A stretch of DNA of 63,453 nt, the filler included, from Nemertoderma westbladi (lineage: Eukaryota > Animalia > Xenacoelomorpha): assembly GCA_032718475.1 (NCBI GenBank). It is 4 parts of 4 records of this genome, joined end to end, with 100 filler letters (N's around TTAATTAATTAA, not from the genome) between each part and the next. Parts side by side here need not be neighbours in the genome. Positions count along the whole stretch, not along the records: positions 1 to 15,949 come from JAUCBJ010008147.1; positions 16,050 to 44,776 come from JAUCBJ010001443.1; 2 more parts are not named here. The stretch is one strand, 5' to 3'. Position 1 is the first letter of the stretch. The number at the start of each line of letters is the position of its first letter. This document shows, piece by piece, positions 11,326 through 23,470 of this stretch. The notes beneath the pieces are model-generated. The model was not told the DNA's origin. It was given only the letters and a program-made list of their open reading frames with translations, and did no database searches. Made by a program: the position numbers and the translations under genes.

Positions 11326-11913
11326 TCACGATAGAGTAGCTAAACTATCGATATAGTTTTTAGCGTCCCTTCTCACCATGGCAACTGATGAGTCATCACC
11401 TCGCTTCAATTCAAACTCAAGTCGCCGTTTAAAGAACAAGTCGACCTTACGGGATGACAGTTTTAGCGCCATCACGCGGTCAAAGAGAGCGCGTATTGAC
11501 GGTATGACGTCATCATGGGGTTGCTTAGCAACCGTATCGATGTAGACGCGCCACACGTCGGTGCGACGCGGGTAGGTGGCCACCAGCTGTTCGAACAACG
11601 ACACCCCCTTGTGGCGATCCCCAAATTCGAACTCAATCTGAGCGAACCGCGTTATTGTGTTTACGTGGCGGTTGCTAGGCAGCGACTTAAGACAGCGCTC
11701 CAATAGGGCGCGACATTGAGGCATCCTACCGTGGTCGCCTAGCAACCGTGCGTAGCGGTGCCAAACAGCGGGGGTAGTGACGGCGTCAGGGTGGCAGTGC
11801 TTCCGTAGCGCATCGTTGTACGACCGAGCCGCACCCTGCAGGTCCCCTGATTTGGCGGCCAAGTTTGCGAAATGTTCGTGGGCCCGTAGAGGGTTGTTCA
11901 TTGTGGAGGCCTC
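11326..11913 (-). CDS. PDCD11: Terminal exon of rRNA biogenesis protein RRP5 (C-terminal HAT repeats)
   Basis: Motifs LLERCLKSLP..HV.TITRFAQIEFEFGD, YPRRTDVWRVYID and LFFKRRLEFELKRGD...AKNYI match the recalled RRP5 C-terminus. Acceptor AG at 11915-11914 (phase 0); AATAAA at 11310-11305 after the stop. Confidence 0.92.
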   Translation of the reverse strand, partial: EASTMNNPLRAHEHFANLAAKSGDLQGAARSYNDALRKHCHPDAVTTPAVWHRYARLLGDHGRMPQCRALLERCLKSLPSNRHVNTITRFAQIEFEFGDRHKGVSLFEQLVATYPRRTDVWRVYIDTVAKQPHDDVIPSIRALFDRVMALKLSSRKVDLFFKRRLEFELKRGDDSSVAMVRRDAKNYIDSLATLS

Positions 11914-12039
11914 CTATTGAGGGGGGGGGGGGGGGGATATACCAGTTAAATTCTGGTGGAACCAAAAGTTAAAGGAAAAACAAAAACAAAATTTATTTCA
12001 ACTATCCCATATATTACTTACCTTTTCTCATAACTCAGT

Positions 12040-12870
12040 ATTTCTGTTCCCAAAAGTGATTCCATTGTTTCCACTATTCAGAATTTTTGTTCCATAAATG
12101 ATTCCATTGTTCCCACAATTCAAAATTTTTGTTCCATAAATGATTCCATTGTTCCCACAATTCAAAATTTTTGTTCCATAAATTATTCCATTGTTCCCAC
12201 TATTCAGAATTTTTGTTCCATAATTATTCCATTGTTCCCTCTATTCTGAATTTTTGTTCCATAAATTATTCCATTGTTCCCACTATTCAGAATTTTTGTT
12301 CCATAAATGATTCCATTGTTCCCACTATTCAGAATTTTTGTTCCATAAATGATTCCATTGTTCCCACTATTCGGAATTTTTGTTCCATAAATGATTGCAT
12401 TGTTTCCACTATTCAGAAATTTTGTTCTATAAATTATTCCATTGTTCCCACTATTCAGAATTTTTGTTCTATAAATTATTCCATTGTTCCCACTATTCAG
12501 AATTTTTGTTCTATAAATTATTCCATTGTTCCCACTATTCAGAATTTTTGTTCTATAAATTATTCCATTGTTCCCACTATTCAGAATTTTTGTTCTATAA
12601 ATTATTCCATTGTTCCCACTATTCAGAATTTTTGTTCTATAAATTATTCCATTGTTCCCACTATTCAGAATTTTTGTTCTATAAATTATTCCATTGTTCC
12701 CACTATTCAGAATTTTTGTTCTATAAATTATTCCATTGTTCCCTCTATTCAGAATTTTTGTTCCATAAATTATTCCATTGTTCCCACTATTCAGAATTTT
12801 TGTTCCATAAATTATTCCATTGTTCCCTCTATTCAGAATTTTTGTTCTATAAATTATTCCAGTGTTCCCT
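12040..12870. repeat. Minisatellite, 42-bp unit, ~20 copies, in the RRP5 intron
   Basis: Unit CCATTGTTCCCACTATTCAGAATTTTTGTTCTATAAATTATT; gives spurious 14-aa repeat ORFs. Confidence 0.97.
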
Positions 12871-13539
12871 CCCTGCAAACCACCAACGTTAATCTAACGT
12901 TGGGTTTATGTTAGACATTCGTTAAAAAATGACAGTTAGAATTTAACCATAAACCTACGTTAAAATACGTTAGAATTCTGTCAATTTTTAACGTTAATTT
13001 TTTACAGTAATTATACGTCAAAAATTTACAAATATCTGACAATACCATATTTTTTAACGTTACTTTAATGTTAGTTTTTAACGTTAATTTTTTACAGTAA
13101 TTATACGTTAAAAATCAACAGAGATCTGACATTTCCAAAGTTTTTAACGTTGATTTAACGTTAATTTTTAACGTTCATTAAAGCGTTAGCATTAAAATAC
13201 ATCAGATTTTAACGATGATTAGTGAATCACTTAACTGATTCATCAATGGATAACATTGGCTATGTCTAGCTGACCATCCGATGACTTTGATCATTTCGTA
13301 TTTTGTTAAATTTTTCTGATACGAGTGTAATTTTTAAATATTATTTTTAAATATTTGCCTTACTAGTCAGCATCTGTGTACCAGTACCAAGCGTACAGTA
13401 TAAAAGTACAGTAAGTAAGCGTACGGTAGAAAAAGGGTGGAAAGAAGGATCTAGAAGATGCTAGTGGGGCTGCAGCCGATAGCGAAGAAGAATGAATATT
13501 ATATATCGATAAAAACTTGGCCCTAATTACGTTACGGAT

Positions 13540-13925
13540 AACTTTATGAAACTGGATGTACGTTTCGGTTAACTTTATGAAAGTGGATGTACGTTTCGGT
13601 TAACTTTATGAAACTGGATGTACGTTTCGGTTAACTTTATGAAAGTGGATGTACGTTTCGGTTGACTTTATGAAAGTGGATGTACGTTTCGGTTAACTTT
13701 ATGAAAGTGGATGTACGTTTCGGTTAACTTTATGAAAGTGGATGTACGTTTCGGTTAACTTTATGAAAGTGGATGTACGTTTCGGTTAACTTTATGAAAG
13801 TGGATGTACGTTTCGGTTAACTTTATGAAACTGGATGTACGGTTCGGTTAACTTTATGAAACTGGATGTACGTTTCGGTTAACTTTATGAAACTGGATGT
13901 ACGTTTCGGTTAACTTTATGAAACG
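13540..13925. repeat. Minisatellite, 31-bp unit, ~12 copies
   Basis: Unit AACTTTATGAAAGTGGATGTACGTTTCGGTT. Confidence 0.97.
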
Positions 13926-14379
13926 GATGAGTCCGGTAGCAACCTACGGGTCTCTGAACTATAGATCTAAGCCTCCCATTGATAAGTAAAAATTCCACAA
14001 ATTTCTAATTCGGAATTCCAATTTTGTGACATTTTGTGACAGGTGGGAGGGGGGTATCGACCTTTGTGACGGTCACGGCGATGTTCTACGGTATGCTTTA
14101 ATGTTAGCTTCAGTCAACTACTTCAGTACTTCAGTCAAACACTACTTCAGTACTTCAGTCTGCTACACTACTTCAGTCAAAATGTTTCACTTTCTATTGT
14201 ACTTTCTAACTGTTATTAAATTACTGAAATAAAATATTTTTCGTCTAGGGGGGGGGGGGGGGGGGGGGGTTATAAATTTACGAAAATAGGTTTTTTGTGA
14301 CAGAAGGGGGGGGGGGGGGGGTCAAAAAAATGGAAAATTTGCGTGACACTTTATGAACGCCACCTAATTCCACCATATT

Positions 14380-14565
14380 TTTCTTCACCAGAGGATACTC
14401 CAGTACCCATTAAAGGACGCCCTTGAGAAATGCACCCTAGCTCGTCCCTTTAAAGCGTTCGTCCTGAAACGAAAACTCTCCCGACCCCTTTGCGGGGATC
14501 GAACCCATGACCTCTGGAGAGATGTTAATTAAAGGCAACGGATTAACACTACACTACAAGGGCGG
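14380..14565 (-). mobile_element. tRNA-derived SINE (degenerate)
   Basis: Minus strand reads GCCCTTGTAGTGTAGTG (A-box-like) ... GGGTTCGATCCCC (B box), followed by a non-tRNA body. Confidence 0.55.
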
Positions 14566-14812
14566 GAAGAACATAAAAAATGTTAGATTTTTGCTTGATC
14601 AAATGTGGCGTCGAATGCTGGACATTGACATTGACATATAGATTATCTATCATTACTAATATCAATATTAATCATAACAACACATTTTGATGCTAACAAA
14701 TACAATAGTATTTGTAATTTCTCTGAATGCTATTTTTAATGCAACCACGGCGACAATAAACCGAGAGGATCATAGATTCGGGCTGAGTTTCAGCAGAGTA
14801 AGTGCAATATGA

Positions 14813-15045
14813 GGGCGGGGTAGCTCAGTTGGTTGAGCGCCGGGCCTGCAATCTATTGGTTGTAGGTTCAGCCCCGCCAGGGTCAACTCAGCCTTTCATC
14901 CACTGGGGTCGATAAAATGAGTACCAGTTAAATAACTGGGAGCAAATCTTGGGATAGGAGTAGCGCCCACCCCTACCCTCGGGTAGCAGCTATCGAAAGA
15001 GGAGCCTTCGGGTCGCCTCCGGCTTCGGCCGACTGTTTGCTTTTT
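14813..15045 (+). mobile_element. tRNA-derived SINE with conserved central domain (Meta-domain-like)
   Basis: A box TAGCTCAGTTGG and degenerate B box GGTTCAGCCCC, then GGTCAACTCAGCCTTTCATCC..GGGGTCGATAAAATGAGTACC, a core recalled from widespread metazoan SINEs; T-rich tail. Confidence 0.8.
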
Positions 15046-15569
15046 TTTTGCTTTGAAGTGCAATACAAAAGACTATTAAATTTTTATTTTAAATTATTTA
15101 AATTTAAATTTTATTTTATTTATAAATTATTTATTAAAATTTATGTATTTAAATTTATGCAAAAAAACCGTAAGTCAACAAGACTTGCGGTTTTTTGTCA
15201 TCAGAATTTAATGAGGATTTCACATCTGGAAATGGTTTGGCGAGATCTGTTGTATGCATTTTCAATATTTACCAGAAGTAGCTCCGATGAGAGAAAGCTT
15301 GTAATTAAACTGTTGTTATTAATTCCATTAGTCACCTGAGGTCAACCCACCCTAACCTAACTGTTTAATATGAGAATGCCTTCTTAGGTTGTTTCAGTTA
15401 TCACTGTCTACCGGTCTGACCGTCAAGATGTAAATTTAGACAGAGCCAGATAAGATAATAGCAATTGTCTGGAATATGTGGTTATTTGACGTTAATTAAC
15501 GTTAAGGTAATTAAGCGTTAATTATTATAATTATGTTTCTATCACTGTCAGTTGTTTGTAATTTTTTAA

Positions 15570-15782
15570 CATTAAATACAATATATTTTGACGATCCAAA
15601 CTGATTGTCAGTAATATGTCATTTTTTAACGTTAAACATACAATATATTTTGACGATCCAAACTGATTGTCAGTAATATGTCATTTTTTAACGTTAAACA
15701 TACAATATATTTTGACGATCCAAACTGATTGTCAGTAATATGTCATTTTTTAACGTTAAACATACAATATATTTTGACGATC
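15570..15782. repeat. ~62-bp tandem repeat x3+ in the transposon subterminal region
   Basis: ATACAATATATTTTGACGATCCAAACTGATTGTCAGTAATATGTC... repeated. Confidence 0.9.
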
Positions 15783-15949
15783 AAAATACCTACCGTTTAA
15801 AATTAACGTTAATTTGCGTTAATTTTTAACGTTAAAAGGGCGGCCAAACTAACGTTATTTATATGTATTATTAACGTTAATAATTAACGTTGGCATTGTC
15901 AGAAAATAACGTATATTAATGCATTATTAACGTTAAATTGTTTGCAGGG

Positions 15950-16049
15950 NNNNNNNNNNNNNNNNNNNNNNNNNNNNNNNNNNNNNNNNNNNNTTAATTA
16001 ATTAANNNNNNNNNNNNNNNNNNNNNNNNNNNNNNNNNNNNNNNNNNNN
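15950..16049. other. Assembly gap linker
   Basis: 100-nt N-run with central TTAATTAATTAA. Confidence 0.99.
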
Positions 16050-16959
16050 CGATCATAGGGAGAGTGTTCAGTCTTACTGTTTTTTCTTGTTACTTTGTTG
16101 TTATTGCTGTCTAAGCCAGAAACACCGGCATTTTTGGATAGATACTGCTGTACCGTAAACTGCTTGAATTATCGAAAGTATAAACTGTTACCGAATCGAA
16201 TCACAATTGATTAATCAATCAAATCGAAAGACAGCATTAACTCACTTAATTTAATTGCATTAATCATATTGTTTGTACTGTTATTTTACCGTCAGTTATT
16301 AATTGTACCTATTTGTTGATGGAAATATTGCTATTTGGATAATACGGATAAATCACCCAATTCCCAATTTTCTTGATAACACTACAGGTTAGAGAGACCG
16401 GCTATACATAACAATTGCGATTTATATTAATGTGGTGTGTATTGAATCCAATGTTATTTAGCAGACCCTACGTGAGTCAATTACTGCTCTCTTTATGTGT
16501 GATCAAATATACTGACTGTCGGCAGAATAGTGTGTATGATTGTGATTGGTAACAAAGTATTTCCTAAAGAATACGTTTTATACTTTAATCATAAGCAGTA
16601 TCGTTGCGTTTTAGTATAAGTCTTAGTTCTGTTTAAATAGATAAAGCGCCACGTCCTAAAGGAACTGTTAATATTTCCCGAAAGCCAATAATATCTGTCA
16701 GAGATTAATTATTAACTATCTATCGAATAATACATTAGGTATACACTGCAACCTTACACTGTAATAATACAATTCAAGCATCCGAATTCAGTCTCCCGGG
16801 TGTAGATCCATCGGGTGAATGATCGCGCATGGGCTGACTTCGGCTAATGTTTTGCGTATTAGCATAAATTATTGTCGTATGCTAAAGTGGTTTTAATTAA
16901 CTAAAAGACATATAAATTTTGGCAGGTTAAACTGCTAAAGGTCTTCGAAAGCGCGAACA
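16050..16959 (+). mobile_element. Diverged second copy of the LTR-like repeat (5' part lost in gap)
   Basis: Shares ATAGATAAAGCGCCACGTCCTAAAGGAACTGTTAATATT, GGGTGAATGATCGCGCA and the terminal AAAGCGCGAACA with 2760-3060. Confidence 0.75.
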
Positions 16960-16989
16960 CAATTGGAAACAATTAACGCCCATTGAAAA

Positions 16990-17935
16990 AGACAAATAGA
17001 CTAATAAACAAAGAAAATGTCTCTAGAGTGGATAAAGATGATGACAGAATAAACAATGAGGCTATAAAAATAAACCTTGACTTTACAGTAGGAGAGCTAA
17101 ACGTTACAAGGAGCAACACACATACTGGCAATACCCCAGGGGATTAGTTACAGCATGACGGTCAACGCAGACTAAATTTTGGCACCAATATCAGATGTGC
17201 ACGCAAATTATCTTTATGCACATTACTCTCAAAAATTCAAGCGGGTTGATGACAACCAGTTTACAGTAGAACTAGACAGTCTCCTAAAGAATAAAACTAC
17301 AAGGTCTACCTGAAGTCTTTTCAAATCATCAGACATAGCAACAGCACTTTCTAAACTTAATAAAGCGAAAACGCCTGACTCTCACTCCCTCACATCAGAA
17401 CATATCTTAAGTGTACAGTCTGAAAAGTTACATTCATTCATTTTATGAGTTAAACGCTGGGGACTCCCCTTGTGAACTAACTAATTTAGTTCACAAGGGG
17501 AGTCCCCAGCGTTTAACTCATAAAATCATAATGTTCCAAAATCCCCTTAAGACGGCATGTCGTTCCATTTTAACATTCATTCATGGCAGAGTTATACTAT
17601 ACGATAATAACATCTAGCATATTCCCTAAATGTCTGTGTACGAGTTTATTACTCACACCCATAAAGGGATCAGACCAGGATATCTACAAAACAGACAGTT
17701 ACTATGATATCAGTATTGGCAAAGACCTGTGAGATATTGATATCCGACGATATCAAAAAGATCACTACAAACAAACAATATGCAAATGGGGTATAAAATT
17801 AAGCAAAGTACTGAACTCCCTTATATTGCAGCCAGCAAGCTAATAAACTATTTCAATGCATGAGGTTCTAATGTCTATGTAGTATCACTAGATTTGACCA
17901 GTGCAAACGACACAGTCTCTTACCAACACTTATTT
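16990..17935 (+). pseudogene. Highly decayed LINE ORF2 remnant
   Basis: A-rich coding-like strand with ALSKLNKAKTPDSHSLTSEHIL, resembling the K(A/S)PG.D.I..EH pre-RT motif; many stops. Confidence 0.4.
17441..17525. repeat. Perfect 40-bp inverted repeat with 5-nt loop
   Basis: 17441-17480 is the exact reverse complement of 17486-17525. Confidence 0.95.
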
Positions 17936-17944
17936 GGGAAATTC

Positions 17945-19174
17945 ATGGTTGAGATCCACCGAGATGTGATGTAGTCCAGTTTACACTGGACCGCCGCGCT
18001 GTACTCGAGGCGGTTGATGGAATCCCGGGATAATATAGTGTTAGTTTTGGCGGGTTTCGGCGCAGGACCGCTGGAACTGCATACTTTGTAAAAGTGGCTG
18101 GTTTTACCGCAGCCATCACACTAAACTTCTCGGGAGGGGCAATTGGACCTGTCGGTATGTTGCTGGTTACCGCAATTACCGCAATTGCGCGCGTGAGGGT
18201 TCCCCCCACGAGAAGAGGTTGTCGTGGCTTGTCCGGGAGTTGAGCGGTTTCCCGAACCAGTTTGCGGTCGATTGGGGGCACCTGGACGCATTGGTGAGCG
18301 GCCGCGCCGCTGCTTGTATTGCGAAACTTTCGCGATGGAACCGGAGCCGCCGAGAAACGACTGATTTTTGGAGCTCGACTCCCAGTTTTGGCAAGTCTGG
18401 ACGCAGACGTCGAGTGTGGGCCGGGGCAAGACTTTTAAGAGCTCTTGTTGTGTCTCGGTGGAGTGGAGACCGACCAAAATTTGTGTTACAATTTGGTCGT
18501 CACGGCAATGTAGGCAGAGTTCAGCGAGGTCAGTGAGATGCTGGAGAGCGATGTAGAAGTCGTCGAACGTCTCCTGTGGGCCCTGGCGGCGTTTATGGAA
18601 GGCCAAGCAATCCAGGGCGATACTGCGTTTAGAGCGAAGGTGATCCCGCAGACCATCTAGTACGAGTTTCGTAGTCGTGGCGTCATCGTCGGGATCGAGT
18701 TTTAGGTGGACTCGGATGACTTCCTGGAGTCCCGGACCCAACGCAGTCAGGAGAGTGTAGACCTGTTCGCGGCGGGGGTATGTCTCAGCCCGCTGGCGGT
18801 TTGCGTTATATTCCGAGCTGTCACGCCAGCGACGGAATGCGGGAATGTCGACGGAGGTGTCGATTCGGTCGAGGTTGTCGATCGAGGTCAAGTGCCGTCG
18901 TCCGGGGGGGTCCGGGGACTGGTGCCACGGGGGCTAATGCCGGGTTGGCAGGGTCGACGTTTTGCTGACGAGCAAGTCTGTCGAGAAGGTCCCGAAGTTG
19001 CGTGTCGGAACGGGCCTGTTGTTCCTCTAATCGGCGATTTGCTTCTGCCTGCTGTTCGCGGTGTTCCCGTTGTTGCTGTTGCATGAACTGCTGGAGTTTA
19101 TCTATGCCGCGTGGATTTTCCTCAGTTTCGATAGCGGATTCTATTGCGGATTGGAGCTTTGTTCTAAGCTTCAC
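17945..19174 (-). pseudogene. Ty3/gypsy-type gag (frameshifted, premature stop), truncated before pol
   Basis: Coiled-coil N-terminus; capsid motif FHKRRQGPQETFDDFYIALQHL..LC..RDDQIV.G; knuckles CGNCGNQQHTDRSNC and, after the in-frame TAG at 18123-18121, CDGCGKTSHFYKVC. Confidence 0.85.
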
Positions 19175-19371
19175 AACCGATGTTTTGTTGTCATGCGGGC
19201 GTCATGACAGTATTGCAACAGTTCGGCACGGGTTAATGCGTTGATCTCATCGTGGGTTAGATCTAACCAGGGTTTATCCTCGCGGCGTATTCCGCTTCTG
19301 CCATCGGAACGTCAATGAACGTGCGATAAAAAAGGGTAAACCCGCGAATCGAGTTCAGGAGAAAGTGATTA

Positions 19372-19587
19372 CTCGCAGCGCCATGTAGTGATATGGAATA
19401 ACTCAAGGGTGAGTGTGAGGCTATATCATATCGGTATATTCATATTGTGCATTCATATGTCAGACAGTGCAGTGCAGAAGTGTACAGGTGTAGGCTTTAG
19501 GAAGCCGAAGTGCAGTACTACAGACAGAAGTACTGATGATCAGCTGATCTGCCGATATCACTAGGCAACCAACATAATCAGGGTACA
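19372..19587 (-). mobile_element. 5' LTR and primer-binding site of the gypsy element
   Basis: Minus strand ...CACTACA|TGGCGCTGCGAG: LTR end at 19384 followed by a PBS complementary to a tRNA-Ser-like 3' end. LTR start (TGTACC at 19587) is tentative. Confidence 0.7.
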
Positions 19588-19649
19588 CCATAAATGTCAC
19601 TTTAGTAACCAGCCACCAAATATATGTAAAATGAAATATATAAAAGTGT

Positions 19650-21645
19650 GAACCACTGGACGGTCAGGGCCCCAACCGCAGGTTATCATGTTCGGAGAAC
19701 TCGTATCCGTGCCCGGCCACGGTTCTAGTCATTGCAACGCCTTTATAGATTGACCGGAATTTTAGGGAGCACAAGATCTCAGCAACTAAGCGAAAACCAA
19801 CAATAGGATGTTCCTAGACCCCCCCCCCCCAAAATTTATCTAGAAGACTTTTTCCCATATACATTACGTTTCAAAAGTCTACGGTTCTCCGGCTAGGGCC
19901 AATTTGAGTCAAAAAGTCAGCCTCCCTAGCAACCTCGTTGCTATGCAGGAATCTCCAGAACCGCTAATGCTACGGACTTGGGACCGGCGCCAATCGATAG
20001 GCAGCATAGGGTTTACATTTAAAAAAACTTTTTTTGGAGCGATCAGATCATGATCTTGACCATGATCAGCAAAGATCAGTTTTGATCAGGATTCGGACAC
20101 TCAAGGCTTGCTCCAATCGAAAAACTTAACATTACAAAAAGAATCAGCGACCCCACATTAGTCATGATTCCCGTTAAAAGATTTTAAAAAAAGTGAATTC
20201 TTCCTGATCAAAACGCAAGATCATGATCGCGCCAAGATCGGACTTTGTAAAATCGTAACTAAGCATTTTGGATATAAACAATTACTGTAGGAAACGTTCA
20301 GAACACCGCCGTGAGTCGATTAAAAAAAAATTGGCTCGATCGGACAACCGGTTCTCGAGATCTGATACCTGATCATTAAAGATCATATTTTTCGGTTTTT
20401 TCAAATTTTCTCGAAAACTTTGTTTGAGACCCCCGATTTTTTTTTACGAATCGACTTCTATGATGAAGGGGCAACTTTTGAGAATTTCGAAATTTTCAAA
20501 AAGCGATTTGATCAGGCCGCGATCAGAAAAGATCGTGTTTTTGGTTTTATTTCGAAGACCAAGTCCTGGGAGTTCACCGTATGGAAAAACTTAACATCAC
20601 AAAAAGATTCCTCACCCTCGAATTATGGGGGGTAGCCAAAATTTGGGCATAAAAAAGTCGAAGTCTAGTGGGTCAAAACTCAAGATCATGATCGCGAAAA
20701 GATCAGTATATTTAAAATCGAATCTAAGCATTTTTCTAATAAACATTCATTGTAAGAAATGTTCAATGGTCTATTCTGAGTTGATTAAAAAAAAATTGGC
20801 TCGATCGGACAACCGGTTCTCGAGATCTGATACCTGATCATAAAAGATCGTGTTTTTCGGTTTTTCCCGATTTTCTCGAAAACTTTGTTTGAGACCCCCG
20901 ATTTTTTTTTACTAATCGACTTCTATTAAGAAGGGGCAACTTTTAAGCATTTCGAAATTTTTAAAAAGCGATTTGATCAGGCCATGATCATGAAAGATCA
21001 TGTTTTCGGTTTTATTTCGAAGACCAAGTCCTGTGAGTTCACCGTATGAAAAAACTTAACATTACAAAAAGATTCCCCACCCTCGAATTAGGGGGGGTAG
21101 CCAAAATTTGACCATAAAAAAGTTCAATTCTAGGGGGTCAAAAGATCATGATCGCGAAATGATCAGTTTTTTCGAAATTACTTCTGAGCATTTTGGGACA
21201 AAACTTTCAAACTAAAAAACATTCACTGGAGTGTTCTAAGTAGATTAAAAAAAATTTCGACTCAATAGGCCTACCGGTACCGGAGATATGGTCGTCCAAA
21301 GTCTGCTTCCGGTAATTCGAAAATATTTCGAAAACCCTTGATCGAATTTTTTCCTTGAAAATATGTGAATGTACAGTTAGTGGACCCGCATCCAACGATA
21401 TATCACAATCCATATTTCGGATGACAGGTACCGGTGAAATCAGACTTTACCGAAAAAAATTCAAATTTTTGCTACTCATGTCTGACTATCTCGAAAACTA
21501 TAACAGATATGGAAATACTTTCACTGCAAGAAATGTTCGCCTATCCAATGCGCTTCTAACTCTGTGCTCGGATTTTGCATAGTATCAGAACCTACTACTT
21601 AACCCCCCCAGCGGAGGGAACGGAGTGACCGGAGCGCCAGTACTA
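19650..21645. mobile_element. Non-coding interspersed element with ~465-bp internal tandem units (Helitron/Helentron-like, tentative)
   Basis: TTGGCTCGATCGGACAACCGGTTCTCGAGATCTGATACC at 20331 and 20796; GATC-rich units; GC-rich terminal segments at ~19665-19730 and ~21603-21640. Confidence 0.45.
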
Positions 21646-22150
21646 TCTTTCATTATAATGAAGTAATAAGGGCGGTGGGTGGGGTAGGTGGTGAACACTA
21701 TTTATAGGGTGGAGGGAGGGTCTAGTATATTACTTTACGATATTTGATTTATTTGCAATATAGTTTAGCTGCCTCAGTCTTATTTGTAATATGTTATACA
21801 TTATACCAAATTATATCAAGTTTTAACATACTACATTGTCTACCTGTAGGAGAAATATACAATGTAGGGCTCATAATATATTTATAAATAGATTTAGTAT
21901 ATTTACATTGTATAACAGAGTGAATTGTATTATAGTAAAGACGCCCCTTTGATACATCTGATCAAATGGCAATTTCTTGTATATTATCTATTTCACTATC
22001 TTGGGTATATTACTCAATTTCTAAAACTAAAATAATAAACATTTACTTCACTTCTTGTTTACTCGCATGGATATATTAATATAAAATAAGTCAGTATAAT
22101 ATCTTATGGGGCTAAACCCAGCGCAATCAGAGTAATGTAAGTAAGTAGTG

Positions 22151-23470
22151 CAGTCCCGCTCACCAACAGAGTGCCATCGGATCCGATCGGATCCAACACA
22201 CTCCGACAGCTTCAAACAAGCACAATGCTAATCTACGGAGATTTAGTACTGTTTGATTCTGTTGGAGAAAATATTTCCAACAAGTTTAGTCTGTTGGAGC
22301 CCATCTGATTCTGTCTGAAATCCGTCTGAAAGTGTTTGAAATTTCTGTTGGATGTTGTTGGAAGCTATCTGAAGTTGTCTGAAGCTGTTTGAAATTGTCT
22401 GAAACTGTTTGAAGTTGTCTGAAGATGTTTGACGCCATCGGAATTTGTTGGAATTTGCCAATGCCTTACAAAAGCGTAGTTCATTAACAAAATGTCAATC
22501 ACTTTTACTCTCAATTTGAAGTGATTGTGAGGGTGTGCTATTGTCAATTATAAACCGAAACAAAGATTTGTTTCATTTAACAATTTTTATTTACATAATT
22601 ATGTCGTTAATTATATCAATTAATTAACTAGAATGCATAAACGAATAATAAATTCCTATAATATAAATTCGATAAATGAATATAATAACACCAACACGTT
22701 TTTAATTCCTTAATTTAATTAGAAATGTAAATAATGCTATAAATATATTAGTTTCTTTGACGTAGGATACTGTCCCTCCTGCGAAAAGCAAAATATATTT
22801 ATCAGTATTTTAATTAATGTAACTTAAAGAAATTGAGCCTTATTCGAAGAAATTCTACATGGGCATTTTGGACCTATACCGCCACTGCTTGGCTCTTTGG
22901 AAGTGTATTTCCGTAAAGCTCTATTGTATGGCTCTAGACCAACCCAAAGCAACATTAGTATGTGAACACGGAATTCCATTCCCCATTCATTTCAATGGTA
23001 GCCAACTTGTCTTTCTTGTATTGGGGGTAGACCACTGGTTAGCTTTCTGCTATTGTGTTATTCAAAGATAGCGGCAGGAATAAAGAGAAATACCGACCTC
23101 ACTAATGGGCTGTTCCTTCAGGTCAGCTTAAGTTACAGTGTGAATGTTCAAGGGCGCCGCCAGTGGCCAGTCCACTCTGTCGTTATTGTGGCTTTATGAA
23201 TGGAGTTCCTTTAGTAGTTTCAAAAGCTTTCATTCTATCTGCGCGCAAGAAGATGGGAGTTGAGTTGGGGTTGCGGTTGAGTGTGGGTGGAGTGATTGAC
23301 AGGTTGTTGGAAGTTGTCTGATTCTGTTTGAAACTGTCTGAATCTGTTTGAAACTGTCTGAATCTGTTTGAAGTTGTTGGACTGTTGGAGTTTGTCTGAA
23401 AGTGTTTGAAGCTGTTGGATCCGATCGGTTCAGATCGGATCCGATGGCACTCTGTTGGTGAGCTGGACTG
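22151..23470. mobile_element. Non-autonomous TIR transposon (Tc1/mariner-like ends)
   Basis: 38-bp TIR CAGTCC(C/A)GCTCACCAACAGAGTGCCATCGGATCCGATC; flanks TG / TA; internal degenerate 10-bp GAAACTGTCT repeats. Confidence 0.8.

Larger units (their letters stand above)
12871..15949. mobile_element. Non-autonomous DNA transposon, CMC/EnSpm-like
   Basis: TIRs CCCTGCAAAC / GTTTGCAGGG with dense subterminal TAACGTT repeats at both ends. The right end abuts the gap, so the TSD cannot be checked. Confidence 0.7.

Noticed and set aside
12171-12914. Repeat-protein ORFs (NFCSINYSIVPTIQ)n and reverse frames
   Set aside because: The 42-bp unit is divisible by 3 and open in several frames on both strands; no synonymous-site pattern or splice signals.
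13540-13925. 31-bp array as CRISPR or iterons
   Set aside because: No spacers; simple minisatellite within a transposon.
14813-14885. Functional tRNA gene
   Set aside because: The T-arm/B box is degenerate, the acceptor stem is incomplete, and it runs directly into a SINE core.
15994-16005. TTAATTAATTAA motif repeated three times in the window
   Set aside because: Always centred in a 100-nt N-run; an artificial six-frame-stop contig linker.
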